The notes under the pieces were generated by a model. The model was not told the origin of the DNA. It did not search any database and saw only the letters and a program-made list of their open reading frames with translations. Position numbers and translations under genes: made by a program. A stretch of 62,763 nt of DNA, filler included, from Squatina squatina (Eukaryota), in NCBI GenBank assembly GCA_031763465.1. It is 4 parts of 4 records of this genome, joined end to end, with 100 filler letters (N's around TTAATTAATTAA, not from the genome) between each part and the next. Parts side by side here need not be neighbours in the genome. Positions count along the whole stretch, not along the records: positions 49,520 to 62,763 come from JARFOE010000100.1; 3 more parts are not named here. One strand, 5' to 3'. Below are positions 50,520 to 62,763 of this stretch, in pieces. Positions within the stretch are counted from its first letter, which is position 1; the number at the start of each line of letters is the position of its first letter.

Positions 50520-51963
50520 TGTACTTTACTAAGCAGGATTAATTAGGGTTAATTAATAACCTTGCAATAAAGGGACCTTTGTGGAAGAGTGACCATAATA
50601 TATTAGAATTTTATATTGAGTTTGAAAGCGAGTTTGGTTCAGTCTGAAACTAGGGACTTCAACCTAAACAAAGCAAACTGTGTAGGCATGAGGAACGAGT
50701 TGGCTAAGGTAGATTGGGAATCTACATTAAAAGGTATGACTGTAGACAAGCAATGGCTAGCATTTAAAGAATTAATACATAATTTACAACAAATATACAT
50801 TCCTTTTAAGGCAGAAAAATCCCACAGGAAAAGTGATCCAACTATGGTTAACATGAGAAGTTAAAGATAACATTAGATCAAAGGAACAGGCTAATAATGT
50901 TGCCAAAAAGAGTAGTAAGCCTGAAGATTGGGAGCATTTTAGAAGTCAGCAAAGGAGGGCCAAGAAATTGATAAGCAAAGAGAATAAATAATATGAGAGT
51001 AAATTAGCAAGAGACATAAAGAGATTGTAAATGTTTCTATAGGTATGTAAATAGGAAGAGATTAGTGAAAGTAAGCGTGGGCCCATTAGAGGCTGAGCCA
51101 GGAGAAATTATAATGGACAATAAGGAAATGCAGGGCCATTAAACAAATACTTTGTATCTGTCTTCACGGTAGAAGTTACAAAATACTTTTTGGAAATAAT
51201 GGGGAACCAAGGGTCTATAGAGAATGAGGAACTTAAAGAAATCAGTATAAGTTAAGATATAGTACTGGAGAAATTAATGGGACTAAGTGGCGACAAGTCC
51301 CCTGGATCTGATGACCTCCATCCTAAGCTTTTTAAAAGAGGTAGCATGCAGAGATAGTGGATGCACTCGTATTCCAGAATTCCCTCGATTCTAGAACTGT
51401 CCCCTAGGGCTGGAAAGTAGCAAACATAACCCTGCTGTTTAAGCAAGGAGGAAGAGAAAAATGGGGAACTGTGGGCCAGCTAGCCTGATGTCAGTAGTAG
51501 GCAAATTGCGAGAATCTGTTAGGGACGTGGTAATGATTAGGCAGAGCCAACATGGTTTTATGAAAGGGAAATCGTGTTTGATAAATCTGTTAAGAGCTTT
51601 TTGAAGATGTAACTAGGAGGATGGATAAGGGGGAACCACTGGATGTAGTGTATTTGGATTTTCAAAAAATATTTGATAAGGTGCCACACAAGATTACTAC
51701 ACAGAATTAGGACTCATGGGATAGGAGTAAGATATTGGCATGGATTGAGGAGTGGTTAATGGACTGAAAAGAGAGTAGGAATAAACTGGACTTTTTCGGG
51801 TTTGCAGGCTGTAACTAGCGGGGTGCCGCAAGGATTAGTGCTTGGGCCTCAGCTATTTGCATATTAATGACTTGGATTAAGGGGCTGAGTGTAACTTATC
51901 CACGTTTGCTAATGATCTAAAGATAGGTGGGAAAGTAGAAACATAGAAAATAGGTGCAGGAGT
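50520..51963 (+). mobile_element. CR1 LINE ORF2 (end of endonuclease through RT), degenerate; reverse CR1 tail at 51937-51963
   Basis: SDHNILEF, NLNKANCVGMRNELAKVDW, DKSPGSDDLHP, YLDFQKIFDKVPH, SGVPQGLVLGPQLF; homologous to 21141-21840. Confidence 0.93.
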
Positions 51964-52935
51964 NNNNNNNNNNNNNNNNNNNNNNNNNNNNNNNNNNNNN
52001 NNNNNNNNNNNNNNNNNNNNNNNNNNNNNNNNNNNNNNNNNNNNNNNNNNNNNNNNNNNNNNNAGGATTTTTTAGTTCCTCCAAACCCTTTCCCAATGCT
52101 GTATGGACACTGTCTATGCCCTACGGAAATGATTTTTAATTATTTAAATACCTATTCACATCAGTGAGTTGTTGCCTAACAATCTGTACCATGTGGTTTT
52201 AAAGCCAACTGTTTTGAACTGTGAAAGAATAAATAAATATATAGATCATGTGCCATGGTGATAATTTTGCATTGGCACCATTCTCTCCAAAATGAGCTAA
52301 AAAGTCTCTATCACTTGTAAAATGTTATAATAAATTCCAAGTAGTCTGATGCCTTATATTTAAGATCCAGGTCAGAATTTCTGTAAAGTTTTTCAGCAGA
52401 AGCATTTTGCTTAGAAGATGAAGGGTTTTTTGTGTTTCGGATTTAGTAAGACACGAATATGTTAGCTAGTGATTTTAATTCTGATTACTGTTTGTGGCTT
52501 TTGTTACTTGGAAGAGCTTCAAGTTTCTTGTCTTTTTTGCTACTGCAGGTAATTTGCATGCAATGAACCAAAGAATGAATCACACATTTTGTGAAGTTCA
52601 TTTAAAAGGAAATAGAAATGACACTGAAAGAAGTTAAATTATTGATAAATGTCAGTTCACCAAAGTACTTTTAAAGCCAGCTTTTATTTTTCTTGACATA
52701 AAATATAGTCAAGTGCTAAGAAGATCATATTGTTTTCCAGCACTAGACTGTATTGGCCACATTTATATTATGTGTAGAAACNNNNNNNNNNNNNNNNNNN
52801 NNNNNNNNNNNNNNNNNNNNNNNNNNNNNNNNNNNNNNNNNNNNNNNNNNNNNNNNNNNNNNNNNNNNNNNNNNNNNNNNNCCACTCCATGGCGGTTACT
52901 TTAAGCAATGAGACTGACTGATCCGAAAACAAACC

Positions 52936-53118
52936 ATGACTTTCCAAAGTGTCCTTCAACTTAATGGCAACGCGAATTACATGGCAGCGAATTCTTTCCC
53001 ATCCAGCTACGATCCCTATTCTGAGATCTCCAACAGCAACTTCTCTGATGAAACTGAGAACAAGCGTCTTCAGATCCTCGTCAACACCCTAGGGACCCTG
53101 CCCCGGGGGCACAGACGG
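52936..53118 (+). CDS. CYTIP: Cytohesin-interacting protein, exon 1
   Basis: aaaccATG; MTFQSVLQ...ENKRLQILVNTLGTLPRGHRR; donor gtaagg, phase 0. Confidence 0.9.
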
Positions 53119-53592
53119 GTAAGGAAGCCACCTCCAGACTCAATTATAGTCCAGCTTTAACAAACAGCTCAAATATAAAACTCTTCTCTGTATATAAAAC
53201 AAATGTAACAGCACAGAAATAATGTTCTTAATATTTCCTGTTCTCTGGTTGCAATTTTTCTTGCAATACGGAATATAGTTATGGTTTTGAATGTTCCACA
53301 CGTTTCCTGTAAAGGACTAACACAAAATGAATAAAAACTGTAAAAGTAGCCAAGATTAAAATAGACTATTAAATTGAACAACCTTTCAGTATATGTGTTT
53401 ATTTTGCTTTCACTTTATTAAGTAATCAATAAAACCTCCAGCAACAGTAATAGATTTGTAAAAGTGATTGGGTTTAGTCAGACTAATATTGATCTGGTAT
53501 TCCATCAATAGGCAACGGCTGCAGTTAAATATCCTAATAAAAGTTGAAGTTGTTGAAGAGAACAGTAATTGTGATTATTCTTTCTGTTACAG

Positions 53593-53642
53593 CTTGCTTT
53601 GACTGGATCGAACTCTTTGGCAGACACTTCAGATTTTCAAAA
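53593..53642 (+). CDS. CYTIP: CYTIP exon 2
   Basis: ttacag | LALTGSNSLADTSDFQ | gtaaga; 50 nt; frame joins exon 3. Confidence 0.9.
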
Positions 53643-53968
53643 GTAAGATAAATACTTCTCAGAAATTCATTGTTCAGTGATGCTATTTAACATTAAGAAA
53701 TAATCTGGTCCCGGGAATTTAAATCTATTGTGGTGTCAAAAGAAAGTTCACCTTGACAGTGTGATTCAGACTAAATGTGCAAGGATGATATGTGCCTGTA
53801 ATTGTGAAGGTGCAGCACAGCTCCACCCACCACTCCTCTGCAAACGAGGGAGTGATTAACTGTTTCAGGGAGGTTTATTCTAATCAGATTTGCATTTATG
53901 TATTTTACACTGAGAATAAAAATAGTAAAAAATCAAATTACATTAATTTATCTTTGTTTTCCAAACAG

Positions 53969-54023
53969 AAAAATGGTTGTTCTAAGCAAACAAGATAATG
54001 AAACGTTTGGATTTGAGATTCAG
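53969..54023 (+). CDS. CYTIP: CYTIP exon 3 (PDZ start)
   Basis: aaacag | KMVVLSKQDNETFGFEIQ | gtgggg; 55 nt. Confidence 0.93.
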
Positions 54024-54134
54024 GTGGGGAATTTACTGCATATGTTGTGTTCAACATTTTCAAGATACAACTTAAAGCTAATTTTACAATTGGCTTTTGT
54101 AATAATTAACATTTTTTTGTTTTTTTACTTGCAG

Positions 54135-54237
54135 ACCCTTGTAATGAACCAGCAAAATGCTAATGCATTGGAGGTGTGCACTTATGTGTGCAAAGTGCGT
54201 GACAACAGTCCCTCTCATTTTGCAGGGCTGAAGGCTG
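54135..54237 (+). CDS. CYTIP: CYTIP exon 4 (PDZ)
   Basis: ttgcag | TLVMNQQNANALEVCTYVCKVRDNSPSHFAGLKA | gtaagt; 103 nt. Confidence 0.93.
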
Positions 54238-54312
54238 GTAAGTATTCACTTCCTCTTTTCATTTACTTCGTTCTGACTTTCTCACGGATGTGCACTAATT
54301 ACATGTAATTGA

Positions 54313-54462
<150 letters not shown>

Positions 54463-55116
54463 TAAGCTTCAATGTGAATGTCTTTTAAGATTTCCAAGGC
54501 AGTCTTCTGCTTCTGTTACCAACAGCAGATCCAATTTTGGCAACAGTGCTGTAAAGCAAACATTGTGGCAATGCTATCTCAGGAGCCTAGAGAGTCCCCT
54601 AAATAAACGGGATTCATGGGGCTTGTGGAATTCCTGAAGGTGATGTAATTGTGACTGCTGAAGGCAACTTTTTTTTCTGGCTGCTGATAGGCTGAGCAGC
54701 TTTAAAACACCGCAAGTGTGAAATTCACTGAGTGCAGAGAAAAATTGCTGCCACGCCTCATCCTAATGAGAAGATTCACAAAATGAGAAAATAATCATTT
54801 GTGTCTTCATTATATCATTTGAATAGCAAAACTCTTCAGTAGTGCATTAGATAAAATGGGATTTCCATTCTTGATTTTTAACTTCTATTTCCTTGTAATA
54901 ATAGCAGTGTGTGCTGTTTGCAAATGACATCACTGCAGTGGCACTGCCATACAATTATGTCCTATTTGGGTTAGAAACAAAGATCTGAGAGATAAAGCAA
55001 CCATACTACCTCAATCNNNNNNNNNNNNNNNNNNNNNNNNNNNNNNNNNNNNNNNNNNNNNNNNNNNNNNNNNNNNNNNNNNNNNNNNNNNNNNNNNNNN
55101 NNNNNNNNNNNNNNNN

Positions 55117-55182
55117 TGCTGAGTATTTCCAGCATTCTCTGTTTTTATTTCAGATTCCAGCATCTGCAGTATTTTGCTTTTG
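55117..55182 (+). mobile_element. Penelope terminal-repeat 3' end
   Basis: tgctgagtatttccagcattctctgtttttatttcagattccagcatctgcagtattttgc. Confidence 0.65.
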
Positions 55183-55954
55183 GGTTATTCAGAGTGTTTG
55201 GCATAGATCAATGAGTCAAGCCATTCCATTCAATTCAAACATCCTATGTAACTGGTAACCTGGAAATGCAATTATGAGAGAGATATTTTTAATGCCCTTT
55301 TTACAGTGCATCTTCAAAGGAGTTTGAATGTTCTTTCTGACTTTGTCCCAATCAGCAGTTAATCTCAGGCTGTCATGATAATGTCTCACCACGTAAAAAG
55401 CAAAAAACTATTTCAAGGATCAATTTAATATTGAAGGTTAGTGCAGGAGAAGCATCTTTGTTATGACATTTTGAGGAAAACTGTAAATATCCTGTTTGTA
55501 CTGAGTACTGTTCATTTAATTGTTTAATGTGAAATAAATTTGTTGTTTTGGTTTAAAAGCCTGAGTCATGGTCTAATAGAGCACATGTTTCTGCCTTTCA
55601 AAGTCATGGAGATTAAGTGGCAGTACGTGACATATTTCAGTAATCTGGAATTCAGTGGCAAGGGTTCTCTGTTCAACCTCTGGGTCTCAGTACATTTACC
55701 TAGATATCAGGCAGGTAAAACCAAAACCTCTTCATGAGTATGCAAGGTCTACTTATGGAAGAGGTCACAGTCACTGAACGCAAAGAAATGTCGAGCATAA
55801 AAATCCAAAGTCATAATATGTACATCCCTTTGAGTTACTAGGTCCCGGTTCAGGNNNNNNNNNNNNNNNNNNNNNNNNNNNNNNNNNNNNNNNNNNNNNN
55901 NNNNNNNNNNNNNNNNNNNNNNNNNNNNNNNNNNNNNNNNNNNNNNNNNNNNNN

Positions 55955-56125
55955 TTGTTCCAAAGACTTACACACAAAATCTAGGTTGACATTCTAGTGC
56001 AGTAGTGAGGGGGTGTTGCACTGTTGGAGGTGCTGTCTTTCAGATGAGAAATTAAAACAAGGCCCTGCCTGCCCACGCATGGCACTATTTTTGAAAAAGA
56101 GCAGGGGAGTTTTCCCCGTGTCCTG
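55955..56125 (+). mobile_element. DeuSINE internal fragment
   Basis: ggtgctgtctttcagatgaga...ggcactatttttgaaaaagagcaggggag. Confidence 0.85.
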
Positions 56126-56450
56126 AATGGTGATATATTTCCAAGTCAGAATGGTGTGTGATGTGGAGCAGAACTTGGAGATGGTGATGTTCCCATAGGT
56201 CTGCTGCCATAGTCCTTCTAGGTGGTGGTGGTCGTGGGTTTGGGAGGTGCTGTCAAAGAAGCCTTGTCGAGTTGCTGCAGTGCATCTTATAGATTGTACT
56301 CACTGCAGCCACAGTGCGCCGGTGGTGGAGGGAGTGAATGTTTAAGGTGGTGGAAAGGGTGCCGATTATGCAGGTTGCTTTGTCCTGGATGGTATTGAGC
56401 TTCTCGAGTGTTGTTGGACCTGCGCTCATCCAGGCAAATGGAGAATATTG
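56126..56450 (-). mobile_element. 3' fragment of an APE-type LINE (same family as 3425-3890)
   Basis: YSPFAWMSAGPTTLEKLNTIQDKATCIIGTLSTTLNIHSLHHRRTVAAVSTIYKMH. Confidence 0.8.
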
Positions 56451-57555
56451 CATCAGAGTCCTATGTACATCCTAGAGCTCCCATCTGCTTTGGACAGTTG
56501 CTGTCTATTTCCCAGACTGCTACAAAATGGTGGTGGGTTGAATGTCGGCAGGAACAGGTCAGTAGGTGCTGCCTTGCGATTTTGGTCTTGCTATCATCCC
56601 ACTTCTAACAAAACAGAACAGAACAGTATAGGGACCAAAATCAGCTCCGTAGATACATTTTGATAAAAATGCATCAATTTTACATTCATTCTTTATTCAT
56701 AGCTTTCTTTTGAATTGCACAAGGTGTAATGTGCTGCAATCTAATCTCATATTTTCTTGCACTCAAAGACAATTAGACTAAAATTTGTCAATATTAGTGT
56801 ATAGCTGATTTGATTAGCAATGACATTTTAAAAATAGGTTGTGAATAACCTCAATTAAGACAGATATGCACACTACTAATTTAAGTCTGATTTGATCAAG
56901 CATATTTCTACATTACAGTTCTGTTTTAGTTCTTTGTAGACTAATACTAATACTTCTAAACATCACTGGAATTACAGCTCCTTTGGAGTACCTAATAAGA
57001 TGACTAGAATTTTACCAATGCCAGTCTGACTGGGAATTTTAATCTGGCTACATAAAATTGTTTTTGCCCGACACTGGGATACAAGGTAGTTACTCATAAG
57101 GAATTAAAGATTTAGAACAATCACTTCATTTTTCAGGAGCCAAGACACAAAGAGCCATTTATAGTTTCAGTGAAGGCTACTGTTTACCATTGGTGCAGTA
57201 AGGAAAATGAGCCACCAACAGGCGAGCACTCAACTCCTTACATTGTGTATTAATTAAACTGTAAAATGGAACTTTCTTCTCATTGTGCAATTTGATGAAT
57301 ATAATTAAGCATGTGATTGATGATTGGCTGACTATATTCCCAATAATCAGAGAGTCATTCACTAGGTGGTCCTTTACCTATCAGTTTCTGGTTGCAGCTA
57401 ACACGATGCACATCATTTGAACAACATTTTATAATTTGCAGTCACTTTCTTTTTCTGAAGTTTGAATTTGACTAAAGTAGTCAGAAGTAAGGTGACATTT
57501 GTTTTCCAAAGATTTAAAATCTACTTGGACAATATTACTGAGTGGGGAGTAGAGA

Positions 57556-59081
57556 ATGGCGGAAGAAAACCCTACTGTAGTTGAAGCTGATGGAACAATA
57601 ACTGGTGCATGTCAACCAGAAGTGGTTGACATTATAGGAGGAGCAGAAGATACGGTTCAGTCAACAGAAGAAAAAATCCCAACTGGAGACCTAAGCAAGC
57701 TTATTTTACTTGAAACTATTACATCTACTGAGGGAGTGAAATCCACCACAGAGAAAACCAGTTCACCTGCATTAGAGACCATTCCATGTACTGAAGAATC
57801 CAGTTCACCTNNNNNNNNNNNNNNNNNNNNNNNNNNNNNNNNNNNNNNNNNNNNNNNNNNNNNNNNNNNNNNNNNNNNNNNNNNNNNNNNNNNNNNNNNN
57901 NNNNNNNNNNNNNNNNNNNNNNNNNNNNNNNNNNNNNNNNNNNNNNNNNNNNNNNNNNNNNNNNNNNNNNNNNNNNNNNNNNNNNNNNNNNNNNNNNNNN
58001 NNNNNNNNNNNNNNNNNNNNNNNNNNNNNNNNNNNNNNNNNNNNNNNNNNNNNNNNNNNNNNNNNNNNNNNNNNNNNNNNNNNNNNNNNNNNNNNNNNNN
58101 NNNNNNNNNNNNNNNNNNNNNNNNNNNNNNNNNNNNNNNNNNNNNNNNNNNNNNNNNNNNNNNNNNNNNNNNNNNNNNNNNNNNNNNNNNNNNNNNNNNN
58201 NNNNNNNNNNNNNNNNNNNNNNNNNNNNNNNNNNNNNNNNNNNNNNNNNNNNNNNNNNNNNNNNNNNNNNNNNNNNNNNNNNNNNNNNNNNNNNNNNNNN
58301 NNNNNNNNNNNNNNNNNNNNNNNNNNNNNNNNNNNNNNNNNNNNNNNNNNNNNNNNNNNNNNNNNNNNNNNNNNNNNNNNNNNNNNNNNNNNNNNNNNNN
58401 NNNNNNNNNNNNNNNNNNNNNNNNNNNNNNNNNNNNNNNNNNNNNNNNNNNNNNNNNNNNNNNNNNNNNNNNNNNNNNNNNNNNNNNNNNNNNNNNNNNN
58501 NNNNNNNNNNNNNNNNNNNNNNNNNNNNNNNNNNNNNNNNACCATTCCATGTACTAAGGAAACCAACCCCGCTACAGAGAAAGCTACTACATCTGCTCAG
58601 GCAACAAGTTCACCTGCACAGGAGACCATTCCATGTATTGAGGAAACCAGTTCACCTGCAGAACAGGTTATTCCAACTGCTCAGGAAATCAGTTACCCTA
58701 CAGAAGAGATTATTCCACGTACTGAGAATGGCAGTTTACCTCCCAAAGTGGCCACTCAATCTGCGCAGAAAACTGGTTCATCTGCTGATGAGATCATGCC
58801 ATTTATCATGCAAACCAGTTTGCCCACTGAACAGACACTCACAGTTGCAGAGAAGACAATTATATCAACTGAGAACATGAATCAACCCACAGAGGAGATG
58901 GTCTCACCTACAGAAGAGGCCATTCTGCCCCCAGCAAGACCCGTTATCACTACAGTAAAGACTATTCAGGATGTAAATCCAGAATCTGAGGTAGTAACTT
59001 CATGTCCTTTAATAGAACAAAAAATAATGCTAGAAAACAGTCCATTGGAAAACTCTGCTGATGGTGAGAGAAGTGAAGCAG
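57556..59081 (+). CDS. ERMN: Ermin, large first coding exon with 14-aa repeats (730-N gap inside)
   Basis: Strong Kozak agaATGG. MAEENPTVVEADG...EVVDII resembles the ermin N-terminus. The frame is open on both sides of the gap and ends at donor G|gtaaaa. It lies downstream of CYTIP on the same strand, as in tetrapods. Confidence 0.7.
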
Positions 59082-59382
59082 GTAAAATAGACTATTTATC
59101 TATTTTTTTTAGAACAATGGCTAATTGCTCATGTCTGTGCCTTAGTATATATTATTATTATATCTTTGGATANNNNNNNNNNNNNNNNNNNNNNNNNNNN
59201 NNNNNNNNNNNNNNNNNNNNNNNNNNNNNNNNNNNNNNNNNNNNNNNNNNNNNNNNNNNNNNNNNNNNNNNNNNNNNNNNNNNNNNNNNNNNNNNNNNNN
59301 NNNNNNNNNNNNNNNNNNNNNNNNNNNNNNNNNNNNNNNNNNNNNNNNNNNNNNNNNNNNNNNNNNNNNNNNNNNNNNNNNN

Positions 59383-59512
59383 CTGTTACTCACCCCGCCC
59401 AATATTCAGTTCCATTGACTTCACTGAAGCTGAATACGGGGTGGGTGTCTAACAGATGGCCAATGCAACACCAGCTGTTTTTTTGCTACTGCCCAAGACA
59501 AATTTCTACCCC
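59383..59512. mobile_element. Hairpin MITE in an ERMN intron
   Basis: caccccgcccaatattcagttccattgacttcactgaagctgaatacggggtg; ends aaatttctacccc. Confidence 0.65.
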
Positions 59513-59696
59513 ACTATGTTTGGTATTTTCTGCAGCCCCGATCAGCTGGTTTACAACATACAAGAACGATATTTGACAGTATTAATGATTTCAACTATCT
59601 AGTGCTGATAAGAATCTTTGGCAACTTGTATTAGAAATCAAAATGGCAGGTACAGGAATATCTTCTACTGAAATACATTAATATTTTAAATATTAG

Positions 59697-59965
59697 TCCC
59701 TGCAGTGGAGGAGGTCATCCCATTACCAACAGATGAAGCCAATATGGAGAATGGAGCAGATGGAAATGTAAAAGATCATGGCGCTGATGATAATGGTGAT
59801 GATACTGAGGCTGATGAAGAAATCTATTCAGAGGAATTCCAACAGGGAAATGACTTATTAGAGTCTCCTTCAACTAGTCCCATTCTCAGTTCTCAACCAG
59901 AGTCACCAACTAATACTGATTCTGCTGAGGAGCGGCCAGGAACTTCAAGGAGGCCTGACATCACC
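59697..59965 (+). CDS. ERMN: Ermin last exon, partial (actin-binding C-terminus expected in the gap)
   Basis: In-frame phase-1 acceptors at 59696 or 59705. An acidic tract precedes SPILSSQPESP...EERPGTSRRPDIT, matching ermin SPLSS...DEQPTLGKKSDIS just before the conserved RYNTISYRKI tail. Confidence 0.75.
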
Positions 59966-62324
59966 NNNNNNNNNNNNNNNNNNNNNNNNNNNNNNNNNNN
60001 NNNNNNNNNNNNNNNNNNNNNNNNNNNNNNNNNNNNNNNNNNNNNNNNNNNNNNNNNNNNNNNNNNNNNNNNNNNNNNNNNNNNNNNNNNNNNNNNNNNN
60101 NNNNNNNNNNNNNNNNNNNNNNNNNNNNNNNNNNNNNNNNNNNNNNNNNNNNNNNNNNNNNNNNNNNNNNNNNNNNNNNNNNNNNNNNNNNNNNNNNNNN
60201 NNNNNNNNNNNNNNNNNNNNNNNNNNNNNNNNNNNNNNNNNNNNNNNGCTTCACCAAACACTACTTTGGATGCAAGATATTCAGGATGCAATGTATTGCT
60301 CAGTATCTGAACCTCGACAGAAATCTGCTGTTAGTGGAGGGTTCTGCCATGTGCTACTTGCTTCAAATTTAGCTTGTAACTTTATCAATTATTACCTCAC
60401 CATTGTATATTAAAAGTATGTCCATCAAGCAGCTCAACAATAGTATGTTAAGAAAAATAAAAGTTCTGTGCTGAATAAATCAGAACTTCATTTATTTAGT
60501 GCATACAAGTAGTGAATGGCGCTTTAAGGGTCAATAAGTTTCTGCTAGATCGTTACACTGAAATACAGCACAATTGTTCCCTATCCAAGTGGATAATCTG
60601 AATTAAAGCTTATTCATTTCATGTGACCATCGTTAATTAGGTCAACTGGATATTTTAGATATGACTCGAGTAAAGTCTTTTATGATCCTGTACTATTTTG
60701 CTGTGAACAGGATGTTGAATTGGGTATTGCAAAATTGACAAGGATGCAATTGTTATGAATGTGACTGGAATACTACATTTAGTATTATTTCCTGTAATAT
60801 TTACAACCAGTTGTTTTTCCTGTTTTATTTTTGTTTCCGCTTATTCTGTGCTTAGAAATAATAAACCCATACACCAAGGATTTTGAACAATTTTCATTAT
60901 TGTCTTTTACTTGCTGGTAATTTTCTTGGTAACATTCTGCTCTAATATATACCACACAATGAAGAACAATTGATATTATATTGCTCCCCTTTACAGCAGA
61001 TCTATTATGGAGCAAACAACCTTTCCTGTTGTACAGGCATACGGTTATTGAAAATGTTTTATTCTTTTCTATCAAAATTTGGTTCTTTCTAATGCCCCTA
61101 TTATTATTGCAATTGTTTAACACTAGTACCTCCTTCAGAATGTTGTGAGCCAGAATTATGGAGTTATACTGTTGGCTCTGCAACACTTTCTGGTCAGGCA
61201 GCTGCAGCTCTGTGATGTGTGCTACATTCCTGCTCAGAATGCTGCTTACTATATTGAATTACTGGTTAAAATTTTAATATGAGAAAAGAACCAATGGGAC
61301 AGTAGGCTATCAATATTAAAAAGTAAAGTTCAAAGCTATTCAGACAATCCAATCGAACACCATGCCTTTTTATTTTTTAAATACTCACTCTGTATAGGCA
61401 TAGCTATACTCCTTGTTTATTATATTCAAACTGTTCACCAGAATTTAAGGCACTACCACTTCACACCCTACTCATACTACAGTATCTGTGTCAATGCAAC
61501 ATGAAAAGAAGAGCAAAATGCAGCGTAACAAAGTCTCCTTGTTCCAGTATGGTAAACTAATGACTTAGTACAATTTTGAGCATTCAATGTAAGTGTTAAA
61601 TCTATTAATATTTTCATTACAGTACTTCCTTTCCTCCCGTGTCTGTGGACCCTTAATATCATCTATTCATCAGAGTGCTCTCAACCACATGAGCAAGTTC
61701 ATGCTCTCATTACTGTGCTCCAGTATGAAAATGTTGGCCAAAAAAAAATCAAAAACAAGTGCTGCAGCAAAACAAACTTCTGCAGCTAATAATGGCACTC
61801 ACTCTTAAAAGTGCAATCCCCAAAATGGCGGAATGTATTTTCAATGCAGCATCCTTTCGAAATGACCATTCAACAACTTCAGTGCATTCTTGGTAAAAAA
61901 AAACCCTGAGAAATGACACCAATGGGTACTTAAATTGTGAAGGTTTAGAGGCCACTGAAATGAAATATGCAATGTGTCCTAGTGTGTTGAAGCAGGTCCA
62001 GGGGCAGAATATACTACTCTCTGCATTTTGGATGAGAAACAGACCAAAGGCCTATTCATCCCTATTCTTAGATAGCAGCACAATGAGAAATACAGGTCGA
62101 TGCTGTCTCAAGTATGTTTCCTAAAACACAAGTCTGTACTGATGAAAGGGTTTAAGTGGTGCCCAGGTACAGATGTTCTCCAGAAAAGGTTACATGTGCG
62201 TCAACACAAGTTAGAGTTAGGCCATGCCAAGAAGTAGCACACAAAAATATTTCGCCAGCAGTTTCAAGATCTTAGTTGAACTCCTTTGTTACAAAACGCT
62301 TAATGGAGGTGCAATTGAGAGAAT

Positions 62325-62763
62325 CAGCCCCTCCTCATCCTTCTCAACCCTTCTGCAACCTTCAACACAATTGACCGCACCACCTCCTTCAAAGCCTCTC
62401 TTTCGTTGTCCAACTAGGTGGAACTGCTCTCGCTTGGTTCCATACTTATCTATCTAATCATAGCCAGAGAATCACCTGCAATGGCTTTTCCTCCCGCCCA
62501 CGCACCGTTACCTCTGGTGTCCCCCAAGGATCTATCCTTGGCCCCCTCCTATTTCTCATCTATATGCTGCCCCTTGGCAACATCATCTGAAATCACAGCG
62601 TCCATTTCCATATGTATGCTGACGACACCCAGCTCTATTTTACCAGCACTTCTCTCGACCCCTCCCACGGTCTCTAAATTGTCAGACTGCTTGTCCGATA
62701 TCCAGTACTGGATGGGCAGAAATTTTTCCACTTACATATTGGATAGACCAAGGCATTGTCTTT
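62325..62763 (+). mobile_element. L2 LINE reverse transcriptase fragment
   Basis: LAWFHTYLSN...SGVPQGSILGPLLFLIYMLPLG...HMYADDTQLY, with an in-frame stop. Confidence 0.93.

Noticed and set aside
60785-61186. 133-aa minus-strand ORF
   Set aside because: AT-rich low-complexity sequence antisense to the probable ERMN 3' region; no motif.

Overview
Eukaryotic genomic DNA, almost certainly from a cartilaginous fish (shark), judged by DeuSINE/SacSINE1-like SINEs, shark-type CR1 tails and the gene content. It is a fragmentary draft with dozens of 100-N gaps. Three synthetic N44-TTAATTAATTAA-N44 linkers split it into four independent blocks (1-20242, 20343-34529, 34630-49419, 49520-62763), so gene order is only interpretable within a block. 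Recognisable host genes are the 3' end of a Rieske Fe-S protein gene (UQCRFS1, minus strand), exons 1-5 of CYTIP, and most of ERMN (ermin), which carries a large 14-aa tandem-repeat insertion. There is also a frameshifted NSRP1-like exon. The rest is mostly transposon debris: CR1, L2, RTE, Ingi/Vingi, Penelope, another APE-type LINE, tRNA-derived SINEs, many PIF/Harbinger remnants and MITEs, and hAT MITEs, plus minisatellites. I see no evidence of a wholly new biological system. The best leads are the repeat-expanded ermin, a nested inverted-repeat structure at ~20.8 kb, the NSRP1-like exon, a possibly divergent Rieske gene and a SINE-derived satellite. All family assignments come from remembered motifs, not database searches, and repeat boundaries are approximate.
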